Source of the DNA: Anthoceros angustus | Lineage: Eukaryota > Plantae > Anthocerotophyta | Length of the DNA stretch: 64,000 nucleotides | Direction: 5' to 3' | Assembly (NCBI GenBank): GCA_010909165.1 | Contig: MU008180.1 | Span: 185,884-249,883, forward strand | In this document: piece after piece, positions 11,800 to 24,769 of the stretch | Layout: the number at the start of each line of letters is the position of its first letter | How positions within the stretch are numbered: the first letter of the stretch is position 1 | Translations under genes and position numbers: made by a program | Notes under the pieces: model-generated | The model's input: the letters and a program-made list of their open reading frames with translations, nothing else | The model's database searches: none | What the model was told of the DNA's origin: nothing

Positions 11800-14240
11800 C
11801 CCGCTTCACTTGCTTCTCCACAGTGCGAAGTTTCTCCACCCATTGCTTGGGACACTCTCCAAGTCTAAGGCTTCCGGTTGGACTTGCATGAGGGCCTCCC
11901 TATCATCGTCATGAGGTCCCAACATCCTCCTCTCAGCAAGTCGCAACAACTCGTTAGTGGCCTTGAGCACCTTGTTGTGAAGATGGGCTGCAAATCGTTG
12001 TTGTGCCATCTCCAATTCTTGTAATCCTCAAGCCATACTCCATGCTCACACTTGCTTTTGTAAGCATCTCGCTCAAGGCCAGCTCACCGGTCTTGACATG
12101 GAGAGCCACATTCTCGTCCTCTCATTACTGCGGTTGGCGGATCAATCTCTCTTGTAGGGCATAATCAGAAATCTACGCTCCCTCACCGCCAACATATGCT
12201 GCCACCGCCTCATGACGGCCTTTCTCCTTTGCCATTTCTTCCTCCAACTCCCCTATCCTCCTAGGGAGTTGTGCACTCTCCGTTCTTTGGACTTCGTTCC
12301 ATTTCCAATCTTTGGACAAAATGTCCGTTCTTCCAGCTCTTCTTCCTTCAATTCCAGCCTCGTGATTTCTCCCAGCTCCTTTTCCATGTCACTAATCTTC
12401 CACGGCTGTGTGGCTATGACCGCTCATGTCGCCTACTTGCCTTTGTCTTTGTCCTCATTTCTTTAGATTGCTCTCGTCTTGACCTTTCCTCCATTAGCAG
12501 CACTTGCTTGTCTTCCGCCTTCTTTTCCCATGTCGCACCATGTGAGCAAGTTGCTCCACCTTCTCCTCTCGAGCTGCCAATTGCTTGGTAAGAGCCTTGT
12601 TCTCCGAATATGAGTTGTTTGCCTCCTGCCTTGTTTCAAGACTCTTTTCCAAGTGCTCCACTTGAGCTTCCATCCTCATAACATCCTCCCGTTGGGTTTC
12701 CGCTCGCCTACCGCAATTTCCCTTGCTTGGTAGGTCCTTGTCTTCTCGCCTCCGTCTTCAAGAATTCAACTCTCCTCTTGGCGGCTCCTACATCTACCTT
12801 GAACATCTCCCCTATGCAGCATCTCCTCCAACATATCTAAGTCTCCTTTCCTACCTCCGGGAGACTCAAGGCCTTTGCCTTGCTCATGGGATCTTACATC
12901 CCTTGCTTCCCTATGATGAGCTCCCCGCTCATCACTTGGTGGGGCAACTCCTCCCACCGTGACTCCATCCGCTCGCCCACCTAACGGGGCCGGTTGTCTC
13001 CTTATCTCCTGCTTGGGAGCTTCCAAACCGTGACTTCCTTTCCCTCCTACCGTGGTAGGAGGTGCTCCTAGTAGGACTACTTCCCTACCGTGGTAGGACT
13101 AATTCTGCCACCGTAGGCCTTGTCATGAGAGGACGAAGGGGTCCCAAACCCGTGGGAACACCTCCCACCCTCGCAGGCGGGATTCACGCCATGGTAGGAT
13201 CTATCCTACCTTCCATCTCCGCATCTTCCATGGTCCAAACTTCAAATCCCCTACAACTTCTCCTTGCAAGTCCTCCTGCACATCCTCGGCCTATCTTTGG
13301 AGGATTCCTTCCGGCAATAATGTCCGGTGGTGCTGGCACCTCCTTTAGGCAAAGCACCAAGCACTCCTGTCCCTCTCACAGGCTGTAAGTACACAATGTT
13401 AAAGGGATGCTTGGAATCATCCAACTCCTTACTTGTGAGTAGCCCTCTACTTCCCACAAATGCACTAGATAAGTGCTAAGATAGCATGGCCTTGGGACAT
13501 CTTCATCCGACGCGTTGGGTTTGACAACTTTTCCGGTGGTAGGTGTATGCTTCATACATGATGAGCCCCAATCCGGCTTCGCTCCTTGAGTGATCTTCCA
13601 TAGAAAATGGAGGAAGGTAGTCTGAAATATGACACCTTGGATTGCTCACCAAGCCCAAAACAATTCTTGTGAACAATCTCCACTTGGGCTCCAAGATTTG
13701 GTCCGTCCAACCGTTCTTGGACTTAGCCTTCATGCCCTTGCATAAGTGTAAGGGCTCCCTTGGGAAGATCCGCCGTTGATGCACGCTTGCCTCCTCGTTC
13801 CTTCCATCAAGCGTGATTCCGCTATCCTCGCTATCCGGCTGCCATATACAGCGTATGCTCCTTACAGTCCAACACCGTGGATCCGTCCGTGCGTTTCTAT
13901 CCGGTAAGGCGGCCAATTCCTCTTCCGTCTGCTGCAAATTAGCAAAACACTCTTTTATCAATTCAAGGTTGGTGTAAGACCAATGTCGCCCATACACCCA
14001 CTCTAGCTGAATATTCTCCTCTGCTGCCCAAGGTCGAAAGTCTGAAAGGTCTCTAGAGGATAGCTGGCCTGCATAGCACGTAAATAAGGGCATGTCAAAT
14101 TTCCACCCTCAGTCGATCCTCCGCCTTAGACCTCTTGCAGCTCCTGCGCCACCTCCTTGGTGGACGCTCCTTCCTTAGCTACTACCTCCTTGCCCTTGGT
14201 CATGGTAGGCTTGGTCATGGCCTCCTTGGTTAGTACTTGC
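11800..14240 (-). mobile_element. Frameshifted accessory ORF of the retroelement (globular N-terminal part plus coiled coil)
   Basis: ORF 13503-14093 reads, with one frameshift, FYGRSLKGAKPDWG.IMYEA. Coiled-coil-like fragments follow at 11806-12679. Minus-strand TATAAAA lies at 14791-14797. Confidence 0.55.
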
Positions 14241-15059
14241 ATTGAAGAAAAGTGATGCCTCTCCTGCAATTCCTGCGGCTCACCGACTTCTTATCCTTGC
14301 AAACGTTTCTCCTCCTCCTCGTGATTTGCTCTTGCTCACAGCTCAAAGGTCCTTGCCCTTGCTCTCCTCCTCAGTCCTTACACCTTGGCGTCTCAAAACC
14401 CGATTTCTCCTGCAAGAAAGCTCAACAAAATTCCCCACGGACTCTTACACCGCCACATCAATTTAGGAGCCCTTCCTGCACGGTTTCCTAGCAATCTTGC
14501 CACGCTCCACCCTCCTAGGCACCCTCACGAGCTTGGCAAGTGTTGGGTTCGCCCAACCTTCTTCTCCTTCTCTTCTTCTCTTTTTCCTCCTTCTTCCTCT
14601 CTTGGGCGCCTGGTGGATTTCTGCCTCCTTGCTGAGCTTGCGCCCTCCTTCTCCTCCTCAACACAGGCGCGTGTACGGCGCGTTGCTGTATGGGGGCCTT
14701 GGGCAGCTTGAGGTGTGGCGGCGCCTTCCTGCTGTGAGGCCGTCTCTTCAAGTTTCTGAGTTGTGGCCTCCTGCAGGCACCTGCAGCCACTTTTATAAGT
14801 CACCCAAGGGTTAGAAAAAGTAACTACCATTCTATCCTGCCCTTGGATGTGTGCCACGTGGCCCCTTTCCCCACCATTGATGTTAGTTTCCTAATTTCCT
14901 TATACTAAAATACCATTTCCCTATTTTCTAATTTCTAATTACGAAAATTAGCCTCTAATTTCTTAATTACCTATTTTGGCCTATTTATCTAGTCCACTAA
15001 AAGACTCTATATATAGCAAGCCTATCCTGCCTAAAACATAAGCTACCTTCCTTAGAAAC

Positions 15060-15310
15060 CTATCTCCTACGGTGGTAGGACATCCTCCTACCATGGTGGC
15101 GTTTTCCCTTTCTCCTACCACGGTAGGAGTTTCTCCTACGGTGGTAGGATACCTTCCTACCCTCGTCTACCATGGTAGGAGCTATTCCCTGGTAGGTGAT
15201 CAAAACACTAGCGGGTCATCCTCCTACGGTGGTAGGATCTCTCCTACCCTCGTCTACCATGGTAGGAGTTTCTCCTCGGTGGTAGGACACCTCCTACCAC
15301 TCATGTAGGT
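15060..15310. repeat. Cluster of palindromic CCTACCRYGGTAGG-type motifs
   Basis: About eight full or half variants in 250 bp, including CCTACCACGGTAGG at 15113-15126. Confidence 0.8.
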
Positions 15311-15726
15311 TACCTTTCTCCTCACCGGAAGGTCGTTTTGACCCGTTTCTTTTCCTGCATATCCTCTTTGCCTTCCAGGCATGGTCCTACAACTCCGCTC
15401 AAAAGGAGCAAAAAAAATTCCTTGCATGGCTTCACCAAACCATTTCTAGCAAAAGAGTGTGGCCCTGTTTCAAAGCAAACTCATTTAAGCTTGTTGCCCA
15501 AACTTTTGCGTTCCACAAGCTCCTCCAGCTGCTCCCCTTGTTGCTTCCCTTGCTGCGCCTGTAAACCTAACAAGGAGAGGACCAGAGCTATCTGATCTTC
15601 CATCTCGCCCCTGGTGCGTGCCATAGCTGAAACCAACTCCTGTAGGTGATGTTAGGTCCCAGACCTTCTTGGGAATGGGCTCCCTCCTTCCTACCCTCGT
15701 CTACCATGGTGGCCGCCCCTGTCACA

Positions 15727-18700
15727 ACTTCCGGGTATACTTGAAAGCCACCCCGTTGAACAGGTAGTCGCTTTCTCGGATCAGCTCGGCTGTGCCCAAG
15801 GGTTGGGCTGATTCCTCCTGTTGACCTGTGGTTTCCCTAGCCACAGGCTCCTGGGATATTGGTGCTGCCTGGCCTTGCCCTTGTCTTGCTTCTGTCCAGG
15901 TGAGCTCCCCGTGCGCGCTCTTGTGGCTCTAGGTGTTGTTGGAGTCCCCCGTTGCTCCCCCCGGCTCCTCTTGGTACCTGTTGGGGCCTTAGCAACTGCA
16001 GTTGCCTTGTTAGCAACCGCGGCTGCTACCTTAGCCACGGTCACATTCCTTTTCATGGACACTTCGGACTTCTCATCTTCATTCCCAGTGCCACTGGAGA
16101 TGGCCTCTTCCTCCGACTCCTCTTTGGGCTTCCTTCTTTCAAACACTGGCCTCCAGAAATGAAAGGCTGAGACCATCTCCATTCCCTCCAAAGAACTGGC
16201 ATGGTCGAAAACGTGGATTAAGAAGGGAGATAGAGCTGAGGGACTAGGTGATGGTAGGGTCAAGTGGTCCCTCTCCCTGCATGCTGTGTCATAGAACATC
16301 TGGCCCAATCTATCTTGGACCCTCTCACCACCTCATAGAAAGACAAGGAAATGGTCGACAATGTGCTCCGGCTTCTTAATGAGTGAGCACGGGATCCACT
16401 TGGCTAATCCAGCTCGAGGTCTAGCTTGTTGGTGACCCAGCCATTCTCCACTCTAGACAATGTGGGAGCAATGACCGCTTGTGCCTCCTGCGACTTTTGA
16501 GGAGATGGTTTCTGAAAGGGTCAATGATTATCCGCCACATTCCTCTTGGTCTCTCATGACCGGAGCAGTGAATATCCCAGTGCGGGGTTGGTCCTCACGT
16601 TGCCTTCCCTATGGCCTTCTCCTCATGCGCTCTGCACTCCAAAACCAACGAGGGCTATTGTAGCACCACTTTTGTCCATGAAGGACGGTGATGTAGCCAC
16701 CAAAGACCCCGCCTTCACTCTCCGGTGCCCCATATTGGGCCATTGGGCGTCGTAATGGCCTCAATGGCGGCCGGAGTATTCTTCTTAGGCGCCATGCTCC
16801 CTGTCCCGAAATTCACCTTAGCCACGGTCACATTCCTTTTCATGGACACTTGGACTTCTCATCTTCACCCCGCCACCGGAGATGGCCTCTTCCTCCGACT
16901 CCTCTTTGGGCTTCCTTCTTTCAAACACCGGCCTCCAAATGAAAGGTCGAGACCATCTCCATTCCCTCCAAAGAACTGGCATGGTCGAAAACGTGGATTA
17001 AGAAGGGAGATAGAGCCGAGGGGCTAGGTGATGGTAGGGTCAAGTGGTCCCTCTCCCCGCACTGTGTCATAGAACATCTGGCCCAATCTATCTTGGACCC
17101 TCTCACCACCTCATAGAAAGACAAGGAAATGGTCGACAATGTGCTCCGGCTTCTTAATGAGTGAGCACGGGATCCACTTGGCTAATCCAGCTCGAGGTCT
17201 AGCTTGTTGGTGACCCAGCCATTCTCCACTCTAGACAATGTGGGAGCAATGACCGCTTGTGCCTCCTGCGACTTTTGAGGAGATGGTTTCTGAAAGGGTC
17301 AATGATTATCCGCCACATTCCTCTTGGTCTCTCATGACCGGAGCAGTGAATATCCCAGTGCGGGGTTGGTCCTCACGTTGCCTTCCCTATGGCCTTCTCC
17401 TCATGCGCTCTGCACTCCAAAACCAACGAGGGCTATTGTAGCACCACTTTTGTCCATGAAGGACGGTGATGTAGCCACCAAAGACCCCTTCACTCTCCGG
17501 TGCCCCATATTGGGCCATTGGGCGTCGTAATGGCCTCAATGGCGGCCGGAGTATTCTTCTTAGGCGCCATGCTCCCTGTCCCGAAATTCACCTTAGCCAC
17601 GGTCACATTCCTTTTCATGGACACTTGGACTTCTCATCTTCACCCCGCCACCGGAGATGGCCTCTTCCTCCGACTCCTCTTTGGGCTTCCTTCTTTCAAA
17701 CACCGGCCTCCAAATGAAAGGTCGAGACCATCTCCATTCCCTCCAAAGAACTGGCATGGTCGAAAACGTGGATTAAGAAGGGAGATAGAGCTGAGGGGCT
17801 AGGTGATGGTAGGGTCAAGTGGTCCCTCTCACGCCAGTGTCATAGAACATCCCGCCCAATCTATCTTGGACCCTCTCACCACCTCATAGAGAAAGACAAG
17901 GAAATGGTCGAATGTGCTCCTTCTTAATGAGTGAGCACGGGATCCACTTGGCTAATCCAGCTGTGTGGTCTAGCTTGTTGGTGACCCAGCCATTCTCCAC
18001 TCTAGACAATGTGGGAGCAATGACCGCTTGTGCCTCCTGCGACTTTTGAGGAGATGGTTTCTGAAAGGGTCAATGATTATCCCGCCACATTCCTCTTGGT
18101 CTCTCATAAATGCAGTGAATATCCCAGTGCGGGGTTGGTCCTCACGTTGCCTTCCCTATGGCCTTCTCCTCATGCGCTCTGCACACTCCAAAACCAACGA
18201 GGGCTATTGTAGCACCACTTTTGTCCATGAAGGACGGTGATGTAGCCACCAAAGACCCCGCCTTCACTCTCCAAAGGTTCTATATTGGGCCATTGGGCGT
18301 CGTAATGGCCTCAATGGCGGCCGGAGTATTCTTCTTAGGCGCCATGCTCGTCCCAAATTCACCTTAGCCTCGACCGCAAGATCGGAGGATCCCCACAGGG
18401 GAACACGCTCGGCTTCCGACCTCACGGTGGCGAGTGTCACTGATTTTACTGGCTGGAATCACGCAATCACGGTTAAGCAGTGACCCCTGGTGCGCCGTCT
18501 CGGCCCTATCCGCCGCCGGTGACGGCGGTCGATTATTCCGAGCCCTCGTGTTACTCTGTTCGGCCGGCTACTCGGCATGCCCGACCCTTGTGGCGTTGAC
18601 CATGCTCCCCTTCCTGGTTATAAGAATCCCTATGTTTTCCGGGACATTCCTCGAATGCTTCGGATCGTGCCACCACACCGCTTTTCCACCAATTTTGCGG

Positions 18701-20400
18701 GCGGTTCCTCGACCACCACTTTTGTCCATGAAGGACGGTGATGTAGCCACCAAAGACCCCTTACTTCCCGCTTGGGTATACTTGAAAGCCACTCAGGTTG
18801 AGCAGTAGTCACTTTCTCGGACCAGCTCGGCCGTGCCCAAGGGTTGGGCTGATTCCTCCTGTTGCTCTGTGGTTTCCCGGCCCCAGGCTCTGGGATATTG
18901 GTGCTGCCACAGCCTTGCCCTTGTCTTGCATCGGTGGGCTCCCGTGCGCTCTTGTGGCTCTAGGTGTCGTTGGAGTCCCCGTTGCTCCCCGGCTCCTCTT
19001 GGTACTGTTGGGGCCTTAGCAAGCTATGATTGCCTTGTTAGCAACCGGTCGCTACCTTAGCCAGTCACATTCCTTTTCATGGACACTTGGACTTCTCATC
19101 TTCACTCCCGATGCCTGGAGATGGCCTCTTCCTCAGACTCCTCTTTGGGCTTCCTTCTTTCAAACCGGCCTCCAGAAATGAAAGGTCGAGACCATCTCCA
19201 TTCCCTCCAAAGAACTGGCATGGTCGGCGTGGATTAAGAAGGGAGATAGAGCGAGGGGCTAGGTGATGGTAGGGTCAAGTGGTCCCTCTCCACCTGTGTG
19301 TCATAGAACATCTGGCCCAATCTATCTTGGACCCTCTCACCACCTCATAGAAAGACAAGGAAATGGTCGAATGTGCTCCTTCTTAATGAGTGAGCACGGG
19401 ATCCACTTGGCTAATCCAGCTCGAGGTCTAGCTTGTTGGTGACCCAGCCATTCTCCACTCTAGACAATGTGGGAGCAATGACCGCTTGTGCCTCCTGCGA
19501 CTTTTGAGGAGATGGTTTCTGAAAGGGTCAATGATTATCCGCCACATTCCTCTTGGTCTCTCATGACCGGAGCAGTGAATATCCCAGTGCGGGGTTGGTC
19601 CTCACGTTGCCTTCCCTATGGCCTTCTCCTCATGCGCTCTGCACTCCAAAACCAACGAGGGCTATTGTAGCACCACTTTTGTCCATGAAGGACGGTGATG
19701 TAGCCACCAAAGACCCCTTCACTCTCCGGTGCCCCATATTGGGCCATTGGGCGGTCGTAATGGCCTCAATGGCGGAGTATTCTTCTTAGGCGCCATGCTC
19801 CACATCCCGAAATTCACCTTAGCCACGGTCACATTCCCTTGGGAACGGACTCCTTCCTCCTCTTCCTCCTACCACGGTGGCGAGTGTCCTGATTTTACTT
19901 GGCTGGAATCACGCAATCACGGTTAAGCAGTGACCCCTGGTGCGCCGTCTCGGCCCTATCCGCCGGTGACCGCTTGATCGATTATTCCGAGCCCTCGTGT
20001 TACTCTGTTCGGCCGGCTACTCGGCATGCCCGACCCTTGTGGCGTGACCATGCTCCCCTTCCTGGTTATAAGAATCCCTATGTTTTCCAGGACATTCCTC
20101 AGAATGCTTCGGATCGTGCCACCACACCGCTTTTCCACCAATTTTGCGGACAGTTCCTACAGCCACTTCACCTGGCCCTATCCAACCCACCGTGCTCTTC
20201 CCAACTTCTTGCGGCACCCCGCGGCACAACCGCCCGGCCTCCGATCACGCCGCATCCTCCGGACTGCCACCAATCACGATTCGGTCCTCCTGCGCTCTTG
20301 TGGCTCTAGGTGTCGTTGGAGTCCCCGTTGCTCCCCTTGTGTCCTTCTGGCGTTCGCTCCAGTCTCCGTCCACAATTACGCTCCGAGCTTGAGGCGCCGT
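15727..20400 (-). repeat. Tandem array of ~770-780 bp units from a second element's accessory ORF
   Basis: Near-identical blocks begin at 16481, 17259, 18030 and 19488. The minus strand encodes SLSFYEVVRGSKIDWA...FYDT, similar to the PDWG motif at about 13.6 kb. Confidence 0.85.
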
Positions 20401-21581
20401 CTTCAATCCGCTGGATTCGATGCAAATCCTCTTCCCGCCATCGTTTTAATTGCCAATAGGACCCCTTACTTCCCGTTTGGGTATTCCCTTGTAATTCCAT
20501 CGATTGGATTTTCGAAGTCATTGGAAAGAAACTCCAACTTGGTTGCTACCATAGCAGGCTCCAGTCGGTTGTGGTCATAGCAGTCGTTAGCAACGGCCCC
20601 TAGCAACCGGTCGAGCAGCCAACCCTCCGAGGGTTATCCGGGATCGTGGACTAGACCCTCTTCCTCCTACTAGGCTCTAGTAGACTTTTCTTTATTTCCT
20701 AACCTACTTCACATTCCCACTCCACACGATTCTCGCAACTTAAACACAAAACAAAAAAAACACTCCTTTCCGAGGGGGTCTGAGTACCATGTGGTCACCA
20801 CACATTCCCTTGGGAACGGACTCCTTCCTACAACGACACGGGATTGTGCGCGCCGGTGAAGAAATCGCGCCCACGGCGATCTTGGACTCCGTGATTACTA
20901 GCGTGAAGGACACCTTCCCGCGCATCGATTATACCCGACGCCCCGCTGCTGAGAGAAGGTCATCTTCTCGAACGACTTCTCGGTAGTTCTCTCAGTCACT
21001 CGCGCTTAGGCACCCCGCTCTTTGGCGCTTTCTCTTCCGAGGTTCGAGCGCAATGCCCGATGACCTTCGGCTCCTTCCGGCGCGTCAATTTCTCCGGGGT
21101 TCAAGAGCGCAGTGAAGAGCATCGCAGCCCACCCTACCTTAGCATCAGAGCTGTGCACACATGGGGCCCAAGCGGTGGAGGTCTTGGAGCCACGTGCCCG
21201 TGGAGCGGAACATAGTGACGACGCTACCCGATTTCGCCCATGGCGGCGGCGGCGGGCTCGTCTGAAGTGGCACTTGGACATTTTCCAGGCGGTGTGGTCC
21301 TACGAGACCGTGGCGTTGGTTTGGGAGTACGCTCGAAAGATGTTGGCGGCGGCGAGCAAGGCCGTCCGTTCGAAAAGTTTGAGGGAGGACGAAAAGTTAC
21401 GCTGCCCAAGGCCATTGGCAGCAGCCTCACCCGGAGCCAGTCCTCTCTCCTCATAGGGGAGAGGGAAGAGAGCTTGCTCCCGGACCCCTTCACCCCCACC
21501 GGACTCTAAGCGAAGGAGAGCGGAGAAGGAATTGACCGTGAAACGGACCAAAGAGTTGGACGCACCTACTCCGGACAGACA

Positions 21582-23612
21582 GGGCCTAAGAGTCCTGATT
21601 GGGTCCAGAGCACCCAACCCGGACTCGCTCCGGAGTGCGGTCTAGCGGTCCTTGACGGATCGGGAGATGCCTACACCCATGAGGTTTGGGAATCGCTCGA
21701 AGATGTTGGCGGCGGCGGGCAGGGCGGGCAGGCAGGCGGGTCTTGGTGGCCGTCGTGGGCCGCGGGCAAGGGCGCGGGCAGAGGCGGGCAAGGCGCGGGC
21801 AAGGCGCGGGCGCGGGCAGGCGCGGGCAAGGGCGCGGGCAGGCGCGGGAAAGGCGCGGGCAAGGCGGCGGGCAGGCGGGCAAGGGCGGCGGGCAAGGGCG
21901 GGCAGGCGCGGGCAAGGCGCGGGCAGGGGCGGGCAAGGCGCGGCAGGCGGGCGCGGGCAGGCAGGCAGGCAGGCAGGCAGAGGCGGGCAAGGGCGCGGCA
22001 GGCGGGCAGAGGCGCGGGCAAGGCGCGGGCAAGGGCGCGGGCAGAGGCGCAGACGGGGCCTAAGAGTCCCGATTGGGTCGAGCACCCAACCCGGACTCGC
22101 TCGAGTGCGGTCTAGCGGTCCTTGACGGATCGGGAGATGCCTACACCCATGAGGTTTGGGAATCGCTCGAAGATGTTGGCGGCGGCGGGCAGGGCGGGCA
22201 GGCAGGCGGGTCTTGGTGGCCGTCGTGGGCCGCGGGCAAGGGCGGCGGCAAGGCGCGGGCAAGGCGCGGGCGCGGGCAGGCGCGGGCAAGGGCGCGGGCA
22301 GGCGCGGGAAAGGCGCGGGCAAGGCGGCGGCGGGCAAGGGCGGCGGGCAAGGGCGGGCAGGCGCGGGCAAGGCGCGGGCAGGGCGGGCAAGGGCGGGCAG
22401 GCAGGCAGGCGGGCAGGCAGGCAGGCAGGCAGGCAGGCAGGCGGGCAAGGGCGGCAGGCGGGCAGAGGCGCGGGCAAGGCGCGGGCAAGGGCGCGGGCAG
22501 AGGCGGGCAGGCGGCAGACGGGGCCTAAGAGTCCCGATTGGGTCGAGCACCCAACCCGGACTCGCTCGAGTGCGGTCTAGCGGTCCTTGGCGGATCGGGA
22601 GATGCCTACACCCATGAGGTTTGGGAATCGCTCGAAGATGTTGGCGGCGGCGGCAAGGCGGCGGCAAGGCGGGTCTTGGTGGCCGTCGTGGGCCGCGGGC
22701 AAGGCGGCGGCGAGCAAGGCGCGGCAGCGGGCAAGGCGCGGGCGCAAGGCGGGCGCGGGCAAGGGCGGGCAGGCGGGCAAGGCGCGGGCAAGGCGCGGGA
22801 AAGGCGCGGCAAGGGCGGGCAAGGGCGCGGGCAAGGCGCGGGCGCGGGCAGGCGCGGGCGGCGGCGGCGGCAGGCGCGGGCAAGGCGGCGGCAAGGCGCG
22901 GGCAGCGCGGCGGCGGCGGCGGCGGGCAGGGGCGGCAGGCGGCGGGCAGGGGCGCGGGCAGGCGCGGGCAAGGCGCGGGCAGGCGCGGGCAGGCGGGCAG
23001 GCGCGGAGCAGGCGCGGGCGCGGCGCGGGCAGGGGGGCGCGGGCAAGGCGCGCGGGGGGCGCGGAGCAGGCGCGGGCAGGCGGCGGCGGGCAAGGCGCGG
23101 GCAGGCGGCGCGGGCGCGGAGCAGGCGGCGGGCAAGGCGCGGGCAGGCGCGGGCAGGGCGGGCAGGCGCGGGCAGGCGGCGGGCGCGGGCGGGCAGGGGC
23201 GGGCAAGGCGCGGGCAAGGGCGCGGAGCAGGCGCGGGCAGGCGCGGGCAAGGCGGAGCAGGCGCGGGCAGGCGCGGGCAGGGCGGGCGCGGGGGCAAGGC
23301 GCGGGCAGAGGCGCGGGCAGGGGCGGCAGGCGGGCAGAGGCGCGGGTGGCGGGCGCGGGCAGGCGCGGGCAGGCGGGCAAGGCGCGGGCAAGCGCGGCAA
23401 GGCGCGGGCAGGCGGGCAAGGGCGCGGGCAGGCGCGGGCAAGGGCGCGGGCAGAGGCGCGGGCAGGCGCGGGCAGGCGGCGGCGGCGCGGGGCGGGCAAG
23501 GGCGCGGCAAGGGCGCGGGCAAGGGCGCGGGCAAGGCGCGGGCAAGGGCGCGGGCAGGCGGCGCGGGCAAGGGCGCGGGCAAGGCCGCGGGCAAGGGCGC
23601 GGGCAAGGGCAA
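21582..23612 (+). repeat. Compound GC-rich satellite: three ~180 bp heads, each followed by a GGCGCGGGCA(A/G)-type minisatellite
   Basis: The head gggcctaagagtcc...gccgtcgtgggccgc starts at 21582, 22056 and 22521. The tails are almost entirely G, C and A, and the last is about 900 bp. Confidence 0.92.
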
Positions 23613-24769
23613 TGCTACTGCGGGTTGTGGAGGCAGCTACTATTGTAGATTGCAAGCAAATGCGACTGCGTTGTGTGTGACACATATCCTCGTTGGCTGA
23701 TGTTGATGCATCCATCTTTCACAAACGCTAGAAGCGAGGACAGCGAGAAGGAAGGAGGCCATGTAGCGATAGTGAATTGTTTACTCGTGTAAGGTGCTTT
23801 TAATGTCATATCGTGTTCTTTGAATCTATATATACGTGCGTCTTCTTGAATGTGCTTATCTTTGCTATTGATATTGCTAGCTCGTTGGCTACAACAACTA
23901 TTGAGGCGGCGGCAGCAATGTGAGCATTTCTTTCAAAGTGTGTAGCACACACCGAGAGCAGTGTGAGTATTTCCCTCACAGTGTGCACCACAAGGGAGGA
24001 GTGTTTGCTGCTGAATGTGGTGCTGAATATGTTGCGAGCATGCCTTGAATCAGCAGCAGATTTAGCAGATTTCAACAGCAAATTCAGCGGATTTCAGCAG
24101 CTTGCGAGCAGGCCTGTAAACCATCATGGTTGCATGCAACAGTCTTGGGACTTGGTGACCGTGCAGAACGCCTCCTTCCCTTTCTGTGCATCATGCAACT
24201 CCAACCCTAGCCCTAAGAGAAACTTCTATGTATCACGGAAATAATAATGTATCACAAGCTTGTGACGACATCGGTACAAGGGTGGAAGGCCCCCGTGGCT
24301 GATGTCATCAGGGTCGTGTGTAGGGAAGGGTGTGTAGGGGAGTTTAAACTTCTTAACACAACCCTCGTAAAAGTCCCCAGAAAAGATCGGGATGCCATTG
24401 AACGAGGTGTATGTGTTATAAACTACTTATGAGCATAGTGTATCTTGAGCATATATTTTGTATGTTATTCCTATATACATTATAAATTTTATGTGATGAT
24501 ATGGCTTATATTATATTTGTCTAGATACAATATTCTAACAACTGGAGGAGCTTTGCGGTTCATCAGTCGGAAGGCTTTTCACTTTCATCATGCCCTTTGA
24601 ACGCTTTTCTGCTCGGTTTGTGCTGGTCTCGCTTCAAATCTCTCTGGATTTCCATACATACATACAAGGGTCGAGAGAGATTTCCATACATACATACAAG
24701 GGTCGTGTTGGTCATAGGCATATGGCACTCTACCTAAGTCTTGCAAAGAAAACTCTTCCTATCCAGTCC

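Noticed and set aside
15060-15310. Possible CRISPR-like array of palindromic repeats
   Set aside because: The repeats are short and irregular, there are no constant-length unique spacers or cas genes, and the context is a eukaryotic retroelement.
16481-19670. Repeated plus-strand ORF MPPATFEEMVSERV as a small gene family
   Set aside because: It is the antisense reading of the tandem element units; the protein-like motifs are on the minus strand.
20770-20800. Second PBS-like site (minus strand ACA-TGGTACTCAGACC)
   Set aside because: I cannot match it to a tRNA 3' end, and no partner LTR is evident.
21006-21580. Possible LINE ORF2 C-terminal remnant
   Set aside because: It is Trp-rich, but has no recognisable RT, zinc-finger or poly(A) signature.
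21586-23715. Long Pro/Ala/Arg-rich ORFs of up to 656 aa on both strands
   Set aside because: They arise because the satellite has almost no T on one strand and hence few stop codons. There is no domain signal.
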